A stretch of DNA of 64,000 nt from Candidatus Latescibacterota bacterium (lineage in GTDB: Bacteria; Latescibacterota; UBA2968; GCA-2709665): assembly GCA_965208835.1 (NCBI GenBank), contig OZ242358.1, forward strand, positions 3,736,433-3,800,432. The letters are read 5' to 3'. Under the pieces are notes generated by a model. It was not told the origin of the DNA. It saw nothing but the letters and a program-made list of their open reading frames with translations, and searched no databases. Position numbers and translations under genes: made by a program. This document shows positions 44,932 through 54,340 of the stretch, piece after piece (positions within the stretch are counted from its first letter, which is position 1; the number at the start of each line of letters is the position of its first letter).

Positions 44932-46320
44932 GTGATGAATCTCCAGGAGGTCGGCCAAAGACTCGAGAAACCGTTTACCTTTGCCGTGGTGGGTGACACG
45001 CATTTTCTGCATTCAAAATTTGGCCGACCGACGGGCGACACCGGCGGTTCTTTTCGTCCCTTGCAGATTGACCAGTATCTTGAGAGCGTTCGATATGTCC
45101 TGATGCCGATGATGGCCTCTCTAAAGGAAGTTTCTCCTGAATTCCTGGTAATCACCGGTGATCTGGTGGAGGGCCATCAAGACGTCGAACTCGCGGTCGA
45201 TGAGATCAAGGAAGGGCTGGAATTCTTCGAGGGATATGGGATTCCGCTTCTGTTTGCGTGCGGAAACAGGGACAGGGTCGAGGCATTTGACAGCGTTGTT
45301 CTTCCGTATTTGGGCCGCTGGCTGGGCAGGACACCCCGGGAGCGGTTTTTCTTTCTGGACGTCGCCGGCTGCCGGCTCATATTCCTCGACACCCCCGCCT
45401 GGAAACGGAATGGCGCACAACGGGAATGGCTGGAACTCGCATTGAATGACCGGGAGGCCGCGGGGATTGATCGAACGTTTCTGTTCGGACATCATCCTGT
45501 CTGGCCGCTGGCAAGGGCCTTTTTCACCAACATCGACCTCCATCTCGATCTGCCGGAAATACTGCAGGAGCATCCTGTAGACGCTTTTTTTTGTGGGCAT
45601 ACCCACAACCAGAACGTGTTACTTCACCGTACGGATGGACGCCCGGTTCTGCAATGCATGTGCGCGTCCATCGGACTTTCCAGTGAGATGCCAACGCCGC
45701 TGGACCGGGTACAGGACCTGATACCGTATCCCCAGGACGTGCTGACCTGTTGGCCAGGCTACCTCGAAAATACGGCACCAGGATGGTTTATCGTTCACGT
45801 CGGTCGGACCTCGGTCGAAGCGTCATGGCACCACTTGAATCGAGGTGTGGAAACACGACTCGTCTGGCAACGCCCGGGAGATCTCTCGGCATTCGAAAAG
45901 ATGGACCATCCGCCGGATGCCCGGTTGATTTACGACGACCTGAATCATATCCGGCGTGCTTCCCTTCGGTTCTGCGGATGGCATGCCCTGCGCCAGGACA
46001 AAGAGGTATTCCTCAATGGCGTGCTGGTCGGCAGCCTCCCTCCCGCGAACGACTATGCGCCGATCCGGATGGATTTGCCAGCGAAATGCCTTGAACATCT
46101 GCGTATGGAAAACAGGCTCGAGATCCAGGTTCCCCGGAACGAGGCATGTACGCTGGGCAACTTTATACTCGAAGCGGTCTTGCCGGGTGGACGATTTGTG
46201 CGCACACGTCCAACAGGCGAGATATTTACCTGGTCCGACCGGTGGGGCGCGTGGAATTCAAGCTCGCTGATGAAAATGAAGCCGGGACGACCGGCAACAA
46301 CATTATTGTGTTTCCAATGA
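44932..46320 (+). CDS. Calcineurin-like metallophosphoesterase with an extra C-terminal domain
   Basis: 462 aa. Motifs VVGDTH, ITGDLVEGH, ACGNRD, LFGHHP, CGHTHNQ. Confidence 0.75.
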   Translation: MMNLQEVGQRLEKPFTFAVVGDTHFLHSKFGRPTGDTGGSFRPLQIDQYLESVRYVLMPMMASLKEVSPEFLVITGDLVEGHQDVELAVDEIKEGLEFFEGYGIPLLFACGNRDRVEAFDSVVLPYLGRWLGRTPRERFFFLDVAGCRLIFLDTPAWKRNGAQREWLELALNDREAAGIDRTFLFGHHPVWPLARAFFTNIDLHLDLPEILQEHPVDAFFCGHTHNQNVLLHRTDGRPVLQCMCASIGLSSEMPTPLDRVQDLIPYPQDVLTCWPGYLENTAPGWFIVHVGRTSVEASWHHLNRGVETRLVWQRPGDLSAFEKMDHPPDARLIYDDLNHIRRASLRFCGWHALRQDKEVFLNGVLVGSLPPANDYAPIRMDLPAKCLEHLRMENRLEIQVPRNEACTLGNFILEAVLPGGRFVRTRPTGEIFTWSDRWGAWNSSSLMKMKPGRPATTLLCFQ

Positions 46321-46352
46321 GTACAACATAGACCAGGTTTTCGAAAATCTCA

Positions 46353-48431
46353 ATGAAAAAACAGCGATTTGCAAACAGGTTGTTAAACGAGACCAGTCCC
46401 TATCTGCTACAACACGCACATAACCCGGTGGACTGGTATCCGTGGGGCGACGAGGCCTTTGAACTTGCGAAGAAAGCAGACCGTCCCATTTTTCTGAGTA
46501 TCGGATATTCGGCCTGTCACTGGTGTCACGTGATGGAGAGGGAATCGTTTGAAAATGAAGCCATCGCAGCTGTGATGAACCAATTCTTCGTGAACGTCAA
46601 GGTAGACCGCGAAGAACGGCCGGATGTGGACGAGATTTACATGAATGCGGTACAGATGATGACCGGCGCCGGCGGATGGCCGATGAGCGTGTTTCTCACA
46701 CCCGACGGAACACCGTTTTACGGCGGCACCTATTTCCCTCCCGACAGCAGATACGGCCGCCCCGGATTTCCGGACGTACTCCGGTCAGTGGCAACGCATT
46801 ACCGCGACAACAGGGGCAAAGTGGGAGAGGCTGCCGAACGCCTGATGGCCGGATTGAAACGGCTGACCGACCTGCGAAACCTGGATGGAGCGTTGACGGG
46901 AACTTTGTTTTCTGAAGGACATTCGCAGATCGCCCGTAATTTTGACTGGGAGAATGGAGGATTCGGATCGCAGCCGAAGTTTCCCGGCACCATGAATCTG
47001 TCGGTCTTTCTGCGGGAATTCGAGAAAACCGGAAATCGCAATGCAATGGATATGGTACTTCTAACCCTGCGGAAGATGGCGCGGGGAGGGATATACGATC
47101 ATTTGGGCGGCGGATTTCACCGGTACTCCGTTGACCATCGCTGGCTGGTCCCCCACTTCGAGAAGATGCTTTATGACAATGCCCTGTTGACCGTACTCTA
47201 TCTGGAAGCCTTTCAACACACCGGAGAACCACTGTTTCGGCAGATTGTGCAGGAAACACTGTCATACGTCATTCGCGAGATGACCGACCCGCAGGGCGGA
47301 TTCTATTCCACTCAGGACGCGGACAGCGAAGGGGAGGAGGGCAGGTTTTTCGTCTGGGACCAGGAGGAGGTGTGCGCATTACTGGGGCAGGAAGAAGGAC
47401 GGTTGTTTTGCCGGTACTACGATGTGCGTCCGGAGGGTAATTTTGAACACGGTAAGAGCATCTTGAATATACCGGTTGAAGTGTCAGAATTGGCCCGTTT
47501 CCTGGATGTGGACCCGGAGCGCCTGGACGATGTGATTCAGCGCGGACGGAAGATATTGGCAGATGTCCGCGAGAACAGGATCAAGCCGGAGCGGGACGAT
47601 AAAATCCAGGTGAGCTGGAACGGTCTCATGATCTCGGCTCTTGCTCGCGCGTATCAGGTTCTCGGTCGATCGGAATATCTGGCAGCGGCGCAGAACTCGG
47701 CCGATTTCATACTCCGGAATATGCAGACGGAATCCGGCCATCTGCTGCACACTTACAACACCGGGAGGGCCCGGTTCCCCGGTTACCAGGACGATTACGC
47801 CTTCTTCAGCAACGGACTGCTCGACCTCTACGAAGCCTCCTTCGATCCGCGCTGGCTGAATGCGGCGGAGGCACTCACAGAGACGATGCTCCTCGAATTC
47901 TGGGATCCGGAGCAGGGCGGTTTCTATTTCACAGGTCGGGCGAATGAAAAACTGATCGTACGCTCAAAGAATCCGTACGACAACGCAATACCATCCGGAA
48001 ATTCGATGGCCGTTATGTCGCTGATGCGTCTGGGTACGATTCTCGACCGACCGGACCTGTGGCAGAAGGCGGAGCAGACCCTGAAGCTGTTCGAACCGAT
48101 GCTCCGAGAGATGCCATCCGGTTTCGGCCAGATGCTCTGCGGTCTGGACACCTTCACCAGGCGTCCGATTGAGATCGTTTTGGTGGGCGACCCGGAGGAT
48201 TCAGCGACGAAAGATCTCCTGAAGACCGCTTACGGACGCCTGCCATCCAGCCGGGTGATCGTTCTCGCGGATCCGGACAAGAGGGAAGATCTGGCGCGGC
48301 GCATTCCATTACTTTCGGACAAGAAGGCAATTAATGGAAGACCAACCGCGTACGTGTGCAGAAATTCGGTCTGTTCCGCACCAGTAACATCAGAAACCCA
48401 ACTGCATGCATTGCTGCGGAATCCATCGTGA
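46353..48431 (+). CDS. Thioredoxin-domain (DUF255) / YyaL-SPATA20-like protein
   Basis: 692 aa. [42 protein letters not shown], and a C-terminal (alpha/alpha)6-like region. Confidence 0.85.
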   Translation: MKKQRFANRLLNETSPYLLQHAHNPVDWYPWGDEAFELAKKADRPIFLSIGYSACHWCHVMERESFENEAIAAVMNQFFVNVKVDREERPDVDEIYMNAVQMMTGAGGWPMSVFLTPDGTPFYGGTYFPPDSRYGRPGFPDVLRSVATHYRDNRGKVGEAAERLMAGLKRLTDLRNLDGALTGTLFSEGHSQIARNFDWENGGFGSQPKFPGTMNLSVFLREFEKTGNRNAMDMVLLTLRKMARGGIYDHLGGGFHRYSVDHRWLVPHFEKMLYDNALLTVLYLEAFQHTGEPLFRQIVQETLSYVIREMTDPQGGFYSTQDADSEGEEGRFFVWDQEEVCALLGQEEGRLFCRYYDVRPEGNFEHGKSILNIPVEVSELARFLDVDPERLDDVIQRGRKILADVRENRIKPERDDKIQVSWNGLMISALARAYQVLGRSEYLAAAQNSADFILRNMQTESGHLLHTYNTGRARFPGYQDDYAFFSNGLLDLYEASFDPRWLNAAEALTETMLLEFWDPEQGGFYFTGRANEKLIVRSKNPYDNAIPSGNSMAVMSLMRLGTILDRPDLWQKAEQTLKLFEPMLREMPSGFGQMLCGLDTFTRRPIEIVLVGDPEDSATKDLLKTAYGRLPSSRVIVLADPDKREDLARRIPLLSDKKAINGRPTAYVCRNSVCSAPVTSETQLHALLRNPS

Positions 48432-48481
48432 GGGGACGCGATTGCGCCAATCGCAGACACAAGTTGGTTAAAACGCCCCAA

Positions 48482-48714
48482 GAAGCTGTCCTAAGATTCC
48501 CAGCGGTCTTCGCACGGCTGCAAAAGCGCCGGTCGGCGTTGGTCAAATCCACCCGTCTTATGAGATCGAGACTGCGCTTGCTCGCCTCTCATAGCCGGAT
48601 TTTCCCGTCGGCGCTGCGCGCCCCTCGTGCCTCGGCACTACGCGCCCCTCGTGCCTCTTAACCGCAACTTTTTCGCTCGCGCTCGGGAACTCACCGGTAA
48701 TTTTAAGCAACTTC
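48482..48714 (+). repeat. Family-2 palindromic repeat, copy 2c (233 bp, long variant)
   Basis: Carries an extra central segment with CGCGCCCCTCGTGCCTC duplicated at 48617 and 48641. The right end is 15 nt upstream of the ATG at 48730. Confidence 0.8.
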
Positions 48715-48729
48715 TAACAGGAGGATGTT

Positions 48730-49275
48730 ATGGCATCGGTATTGGTGGTAGGAGATGGTCCCGGTGGACTGAGCGCGGCTCTGTTCCTGGCCAAGAACGG
48801 CATGGATGTTGTGGTGTTCGGGCAGAATACAACCCCCATGCATAAAGCCATGCTCTACAATTACCTGGGTATTCCCGAATTGACCGGGAGCGAGTTTCAA
48901 CGCATTTCCCGGGATCAGGTCGCGGCTCAGGGTGCACGAATTGAGGACGTGCAGGTCGCCGGTATCGAAAAGACGCAAGCCGGTTTTACATTGACCGCGG
49001 AGGGCGGGGCCACCCACAACGGTGACTATCTGATTCTGGCGGCCGGAACCAATGTGAAGCTTGGCGTGAGTATCGGTCTTGAGAGAGGTCCGGACGGGCT
49101 GGGATGCGACAGGGACGGTCGTACGGCAGTAGACGGACTCTACGTAGTGGGATGGAGTACGCGGCTGCGGAAAACGCAGGCGATTATTTCCGCCGGTCAG
49201 GGTGCGTCCGCCGCGCTCGATATTCTATCGATCGAGGCAGGCGAGGACGTACACGATTTCGACGTTGTGTCATGA
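48730..49275 (+). CDS. Short thioredoxin-reductase-like flavoprotein lacking the NAD(P)H-binding domain
   Basis: 181 aa with RBS AGGAGGA. N-terminal FAD fold VLVVGDGPGGLSAALFLAKNG and C-terminal GLYVVGW...AIISAGQGASAALDI. Too short to contain a second Rossmann domain. Confidence 0.6.
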   Translation: MASVLVVGDGPGGLSAALFLAKNGMDVVVFGQNTTPMHKAMLYNYLGIPELTGSEFQRISRDQVAAQGARIEDVQVAGIEKTQAGFTLTAEGGATHNGDYLILAAGTNVKLGVSIGLERGPDGLGCDRDGRTAVDGLYVVGWSTRLRKTQAIISAGQGASAALDILSIEAGEDVHDFDVVS

Positions 49276-49369
49276 AACATACCTGAAGATGCAGCATCGG
49301 GACATGGCGTTCCGTCGCGTAAACTGCTCGCCATTCGACCGCCGGTGGCAGGACGATTCCTTCGGGAGG

Positions 49370-49939
49370 CTAATAGTACCTGGGTGTCTTTCTGGGGGCA
49401 GCCGGTTTAGGAGGCGCCTCACTTTCAGGAATGCCGTGGCTTTCAATGATGCCACGAACCACGTGTACCGGTAGGCCCATTCTAACGGCCAACGCCATTG
49501 AATCACTCGGACGCGCGTCCATTTTGAACGTCGTTCCATCCGGACCCTGCAGGGTAAGTACGGCGAAATACGTACTCCCCAGCCCCCCTTCTTTCAGTGG
49601 GCGAAGTTCGTCGATTACAATGGATCGGAGGCGGACGCCGGCCCCTTCCAGAACGTTGTGGAATAAATCGTGGGTGAACGGACGAGGAAACGTCTCGTTC
49701 TTCAGTTTGCGCCAGATTGCCATCGCTTCGCAGGGACCGATCCAGATAGGAAGAAGCCGTGCGGTCTCGTTGTTACGTAGAAAAACGATGTATTGATCTT
49801 CCGAATCCCGCCCGACCTGATGGACTTCGGTCTTGACCAGGTCCTTTTCCGACGGATACGCCGCTGGCGCGAGGACGCCGCTCAGACACAGGCATAAAGC
49901 GCAGGAGTAAATCACCGCAGAACGGCATCTATCGTGCAT
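49370..49939 (-). CDS. Bifunctional nuclease (BFN/DUF151) domain protein with a hydrophobic N-terminus
   Basis: I prefer the ATG at 49939 (MHDRCRSAVIYSCALCLCLSGVLAPAAYP). Core LLPIWIGPCEAMAI...RPFTHDL...ARPSDSMALAVR matches the BFN family. Confidence 0.65.
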   Translation of the reverse strand: MHDRCRSAVIYSCALCLCLSGVLAPAAYPSEKDLVKTEVHQVGRDSEDQYIVFLRNNETARLLPIWIGPCEAMAIWRKLKNETFPRPFTHDLFHNVLEGAGVRLRSIVIDELRPLKEGGLGSTYFAVLTLQGPDGTTFKMDARPSDSMALAVRMGLPVHVVRGIIESHGIPESEAPPKPAAPRKTPRYY

Positions 49940-50051
49940 CTCAGTTCCTTTCTGTGTATGAAGCCGGCGCTGACTGACATGATTCCGTTGCGTTCCGGGA
50001 ATATACGCCGGCGCCAATCACGGGGCAATTCGAATTTCCGGCATAGGGACT

Positions 50052-50287
50052 GAAGAGCTGTCTTAAAATTCCCAGCGGTCTTCGCACGGCTGCAAAAGCG
50101 CCGTGCGGCGTTGGTCAAACCCACTCGTCTTACGAGATCGAGGCTGCGCTTGCTCGCCTCTCATAGGCGGGTTTTCCCGTCGGAGCCGCGCGCCCCTCGT
50201 GCCTCGGCACTACGCGCCCCTCGCGCCTCATAGCCGCCACTTTTTCGCTCGTGCTCGGGAACTCACCGGTCAATTTAAAACAGCTTC
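50052..50287 (+). repeat. Family-2 palindromic repeat, copy 2d (236 bp, long variant)
   Basis: Runs GAAGAGCTGTCTTAAAATT...GGTCAATTTAAAACAGCTTC, with the same central duplicated segment as 2c. Confidence 0.8.
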
Positions 50288-50367
50288 CGAGGCTTGTGGG
50301 TTGACAAGCTGCGGTGAATGTGCTATCTTTTTCCGTTTCAGAATTTTACACGATTTGTGCTGTGTAG

Positions 50368-50527
50368 CAGTCCGTTGATACTGTCGCTCTGCAGGCGAGG
50401 GCGAGACGTCGTGGCCGAAGACAAGGCGCGCGACCCAGTCCCATCCAGCGATTCGGCGAGGATGCGCAACGCAGGCCTTTGGCCACGAGAGCCGGCCGCA
50501 GCCCGGATGGGCTTTTTCGCCGGGCTG
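50368..50527 (-). repeat. Family-1 repeat, copy h (160 bp, most diverged full-length copy)
   Basis: Runs CAGTCCGTTGATACTGTCGC...TTTTTCGCCGGGCTG. Flanks are GTAG and CTAT, so there is no intact duplication. Confidence 0.75.
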
Positions 50528-50545
50528 CTATATCCAGGAGAACGC

Positions 50546-51424
50546 ATGGTTGTCAGCATGACGGGTTTCGGGAGGGGAGAAGTCGAAACAGACGGCTACC
50601 GGGCGTCGGTGGAACTGCGGTCTGTCAACGGGCGCTACGGCGAGGTATCCGTCCATTTGCCCAGACACCTGTCTCCCCTGGAACAACGGATCAAGGAGCT
50701 CGTGCTTTCAGTTTTCTCCCGGGGCCACATTCGTGTCTCGGTGAGTGTGAGCGGCGACTCGCTTGGACAGGGCATCCCGGTTCTGAATGAACGTGTCTTT
50801 GAGGGATATCGAGACGGACTTGCGCGGTTGCAGACTCGTTTGGGCGCTTCAAATGCACCCGATCCCCTGCAGGTCGCGCTGATGCCGAGTGTATTCGAAA
50901 TCGAAACCAGCCCACCGGATCTGGAAGCAGTCTGGAAGGTGGTTGCGCCGGCCTGTGAACGGGCCGTCGCTCAATGCCATTCGATGCGGGAGACAGAGGG
51001 AAAACAGCTGGCAGCGGATCTCGTCCAGCGGGTTCATCAACTCGAGGATCTGGTGGGGCAAATACAGGAATTGGCACCCGGTCAGGTCGCGTCCACCCGC
51101 AGGAGGCTCGACGAGAAACTCCGGGAACTCATCGCCCCTGAGAGTGTCGACCAGAACCGTCTCCTCACGGAAATTGCCCTGCTCTCGGAGCGCATGGACA
51201 TTACCGAGGAAACGGTCCGCTTCCACAGTCACAACGAACAGTTTCTGAAGACGCTGGGTCGCGACGAGCCGGTCGGCAGGCGTCTGAATTTTCTTCTCCA
51301 GGAGATGCTCCGCGAGGCAAACACAATCGGCTCCAAAGCAGGCGACACCGGAATTGCGCATCTGGTGGTTGGGATCAAGGAAGAGATCGAGAAGCTCAGA
51401 GAGCAGGTGCAGAATATAGAATAG
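50546..51424 (+). CDS. yicC: YicC-family protein (TIGR00255)
   Basis: ATG at 50546 follows CAGGAG; the ORF track start lies inside repeat h. MVVSMTGFGRGE..., SVNGRY, and C-terminal LLQEMLREANTIGSKA. Confidence 0.85.
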   Translation: MVVSMTGFGRGEVETDGYRASVELRSVNGRYGEVSVHLPRHLSPLEQRIKELVLSVFSRGHIRVSVSVSGDSLGQGIPVLNERVFEGYRDGLARLQTRLGASNAPDPLQVALMPSVFEIETSPPDLEAVWKVVAPACERAVAQCHSMRETEGKQLAADLVQRVHQLEDLVGQIQELAPGQVASTRRRLDEKLRELIAPESVDQNRLLTEIALLSERMDITEETVRFHSHNEQFLKTLGRDEPVGRRLNFLLQEMLREANTIGSKAGDTGIAHLVVGIKEEIEKLREQVQNIE

Positions 51425-51444
51425 CAGCGTGATCGGTTCCACAG

Positions 51445-52110
51445 ATGGAAAAACCGTTCGGAATTGAGGCCCTGCAAGACCGCCTCGTTAGCAATCCCGC
51501 GTCGTTCGTCGTGGTACTGTCGGGTCCTGCAGGCGCAGGAAAGACAACCATCCGCCAGGGACTGCTGGAATGCGACAACGCGTTGCGGGTATGTGTGACC
51601 ACCACCACACGCGCCAAACGCCTTAACGAAGTGGACGGCGTCGACTACCATTTCGTCTCGGAAGATGCGTTTCGTGCGGGGCTGAAACAGAGGTGTTTTT
51701 TCGAATGGGCGGAGGTGTACGGCTTTCTTTACGGCGCAACCTTCGAGGCGATCGCGCACGCGCTTGGACAAGGCGGCGTTGTGCTGCTCGTGGCAGACGT
51801 GCAGGGCGCGGCGGTGTGGAAGCGCTTGCTCAGGAAACGATGCGTCAGCGTGTTCGTGCTGCCGCCATCGGTCAAGGTGCTTGAGGAGCGCCTGGGAGGG
51901 CGTAAGACCGAAGAGGGTGGCGTCTTAAAGCGCAGGCTGGAGAATGCGAGGTCTGAACTTGCTAAAGCCGTGGAGTTCGATTATCTCGTCGTCAATGGGG
52001 AGCTTGATCGCGCCATATCCGATGTTCAGGAACTGATTCGCGTTGAAAGGCGCAGGCCATGGCGAACGCCCGACTTAATTGATGAATTCGGGCGCCGGAG
52101 TGTGCCTTAG
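51445..52110 (+). CDS. gmk: Guanylate kinase
   Basis: 221 aa. P-loop SGPAGAGKTT, TTTTRAKRLNEVDGVDYHFVS, EWAEVYGFLYG. Confidence 0.9.
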   Translation: MEKPFGIEALQDRLVSNPASFVVVLSGPAGAGKTTIRQGLLECDNALRVCVTTTTRAKRLNEVDGVDYHFVSEDAFRAGLKQRCFFEWAEVYGFLYGATFEAIAHALGQGGVVLLVADVQGAAVWKRLLRKRCVSVFVLPPSVKVLEERLGGRKTEEGGVLKRRLENARSELAKAVEFDYLVVNGELDRAISDVQELIRVERRRPWRTPDLIDEFGRRSVP

Positions 52111-52217
52111 AATGTATTTGCGACGGGCAATCAGATCGTACAAATCAGTTGCACGTAAAACGACTCGATTGCGATCACGGGCAACCCTGCCCCACACAGA
52201 CGGAGGATTGGATCCAA

Positions 52218-52478
52218 ATGTCACGGATTTTCTTTCTCGAAGAGATCAGCAGCGACGAAATTAACCCGTATGAGGCGGTCAGCGCCGCGTCTAGAGAGTC
52301 CCGCCGGATCAACCAGGCCCGGATGGCGAGAGACGTTTCAGGAGAGGCGGAAAAACCCACGACGCTATCGCTGGATCGTCTCTCCACGGGAAAAGTAAAA
52401 GTTGCGTACGACACCGATGAGGAAATGGAAGCGGAAGATGGCAATGCCGTCGAAAATGAGGATCCTGCTGGGAATTAG
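52218..52478 (+). CDS. rpoZ: DNA-directed RNA polymerase subunit omega
   Basis: ATG at 52218 follows GGAGGA. NPYEAVSAASRESRRINQ resembles the RpoZ core. Canonical position between gmk and coaBC. Confidence 0.7.
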   Translation: MSRIFFLEEISSDEINPYEAVSAASRESRRINQARMARDVSGEAEKPTTLSLDRLSTGKVKVAYDTDEEMEAEDGNAVENEDPAGN

Positions 52479-53649
52479 CGGTGGGATTGCCGCCTACAAG
52501 GGGGTTGAGGTACTTCGTGGCCTGCAGCGTGAAGGCGCCGAAGTACGGGTGGCGATGACCGCGGCTGCGCAGAAATTCATACAGCCGCTGACGTTTGAGG
52601 CGCTCTCCGGCCACCCTGTCTACACCCGGCTTTTTCCTGACGCGGGGGATCCGGATATTGTTCACGTCAAGTTGGGCGAATGGCCCGAACTGATTCTGAT
52701 TGCCCCTGCAACGGCCAATGTGATTGCCAAAATGGCAAACGGCCTCGCGGACGATCTGCTGACGTGTACCTTGCTTTCCAGTGAAGCGCCGGTGATGGTT
52801 GCACCGGCAATGGAGACCGCAATGTACCGTCATCCTGCGTCGCAACGCAATCTCCAGCGGCTTGCCGATATGGGATATCGCCTGATTGGTCCCGAGGAAG
52901 GTGCGCTTGCATCGGGCCGCAGCGGGATGGGGCGGCTTGCGGACCCGGAGCGCATCGTCGCCGAAGCAGTCTCCTCGGCAGCGACATTCGGAGATCTTTC
53001 GGGTAGAAAGATCCTTGTTACTGGAGGGCGGACGGAAGAAGACATCGACCCGGTTCGTTTTATCACGAATCGATCCACCGGAAAGATGGGGTACGCGGTG
53101 GCCCGCCGCGCCAGGCAGCGCGGCGCGGACGTGGTTCTTGTGAGCGGCCCGGCCGATTTGGATCAACCCGCTGGTGTGGAACTCATTCGAGTAAGAACGG
53201 TTTCCGAAATGCGTGCGGCGACCGAATCGGCATTTGACGAGGCGCATGCCCTGGTCATGACGGCGGCCGTGCTGGATTTCAGGCCTCGCGTCGTCGCCGA
53301 CGCGAAAATCAAAAAGAACGCCAACGGGTTGACGCTGGATCTCGTTGCGAACGAAGACTTTCTGGTAGGGCTGGGCGCCCGGAAGAAAGGCCGGATCTTG
53401 GTCGGATTTGCGATGGAAACGGAGAATGGCCTGCCAAACGCGCGAAAGAAACTCGTTGAAAAGCACCTGGATCTGATCGTCATGAACGATTTGAACGTAT
53501 CGGGCGCCGGATTCGGCGTGGACACCAATGTGGTCACGCTGATCGACGGGGATGAGGCAGAACCCTTGCCAAAGATGTCCAAACTCGAGGTTGCAGATCG
53601 GATTCTGGATTGGGTGATAGACCGTTGGACCCAGACGCCGAGACCATAG
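52438..53649 (+). CDS. coaBC: Bifunctional phosphopantothenoylcysteine decarboxylase / synthetase
   Basis: RILLGISGGIAAYKGVEVLRGL, PAMETAMY, KILVTGGRTEEDIDPVRFITNRSTGKMG. The start is uncertain (52438, 52444 or 52456) and overlaps the rpoZ end. Confidence 0.85.
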   Translation: MAMPSKMRILLGISGGIAAYKGVEVLRGLQREGAEVRVAMTAAAQKFIQPLTFEALSGHPVYTRLFPDAGDPDIVHVKLGEWPELILIAPATANVIAKMANGLADDLLTCTLLSSEAPVMVAPAMETAMYRHPASQRNLQRLADMGYRLIGPEEGALASGRSGMGRLADPERIVAEAVSSAATFGDLSGRKILVTGGRTEEDIDPVRFITNRSTGKMGYAVARRARQRGADVVLVSGPADLDQPAGVELIRVRTVSEMRAATESAFDEAHALVMTAAVLDFRPRVVADAKIKKNANGLTLDLVANEDFLVGLGARKKGRILVGFAMETENGLPNARKKLVEKHLDLIVMNDLNVSGAGFGVDTNVVTLIDGDEAEPLPKMSKLEVADRILDWVIDRWTQTPRP

Positions 53650-54284
53650 AGACCCTGAAAGCCGTGCGAACATTTGTTGAGGCGCAGGCGGAATTTGGTC
53701 TGACGGAGTTCAGGCGCGCCGGCGCCGGTGCGAAGCTTGCCGATTTTCACGAATCGATCCGTGACTGCCGACTGTGCGGGCTATGCGAGCAGCGGCGCAG
53801 CGTTGTCTTCGGCAGCGGCAATCCGGATGCGGGACTGATGTTTGTCGGTGAGGCGCCAGGGGCGGAAGAAGACAGGACGGGGCTGCCGTTCGTCGGAGCA
53901 GCCGGCGCATTGCTCACCCGCATGATCGAAGCCATCGGTTTCAAGCGTGAAGAGGTCTATATTGCCAACGTTATCAAATGCAGGCCGCCGGGTAACCGGG
54001 ACCCGCGACCGGAGGAAATAGAAACGTGCAAGCCCTTTCTCGAACGGCAGATTGAGCACATACAACCGGCTGCGATCTGCGCCCTCGGTCTATTCGCCGC
54101 GCAGACCCTGTTGGAGACCTGTGAACCGATGGGCAGTCTCCGGGGTCGGATCTTTTCGTATCGCGGCATCCATCTGATCCCCACCTATCATCCGGCCGCA
54201 CTCCTGCGAAACCGGCATTGGAAACGTCCCGCCTGGGAGGATCTGCAGTTGCTCAGGCGCGTTTACGATAACGCCGCCGGCTAA
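53610..54284 (+). CDS. Family-4 uracil-DNA glycosylase
   Basis: [70 protein letters not shown]. The TTG start at 53610 overlaps coaBC; a GTG at 53661 is an alternative. Confidence 0.85.
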   Translation: MGDRPLDPDAETIETLKAVRTFVEAQAEFGLTEFRRAGAGAKLADFHESIRDCRLCGLCEQRRSVVFGSGNPDAGLMFVGEAPGAEEDRTGLPFVGAAGALLTRMIEAIGFKREEVYIANVIKCRPPGNRDPRPEEIETCKPFLERQIEHIQPAAICALGLFAAQTLLETCEPMGSLRGRIFSYRGIHLIPTYHPAALLRNRHWKRPAWEDLQLLRRVYDNAAG

Positions 54285-54340
54285 CAACCGCGCGTTCCCG
54301 ACCCCTCGTTTGGACAAGCTCGTACTCATCGCGTGATCTT

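Noticed and set aside
48617-48657. Tandem CGCGCCCCTCGTGCCTC duplication considered as an independent minisatellite
   Set aside because: The same duplicated block is present in family-2 copy 2d (about 50188-50230), so it is an internal feature of the long family-2 variant and not a separate locus.
52309-53673. 454-aa minus-strand ORF
   Set aside because: It is antisense to coaBC, whose translation carries unambiguous family motifs. It has arginine-rich low-complexity composition and no RBS.
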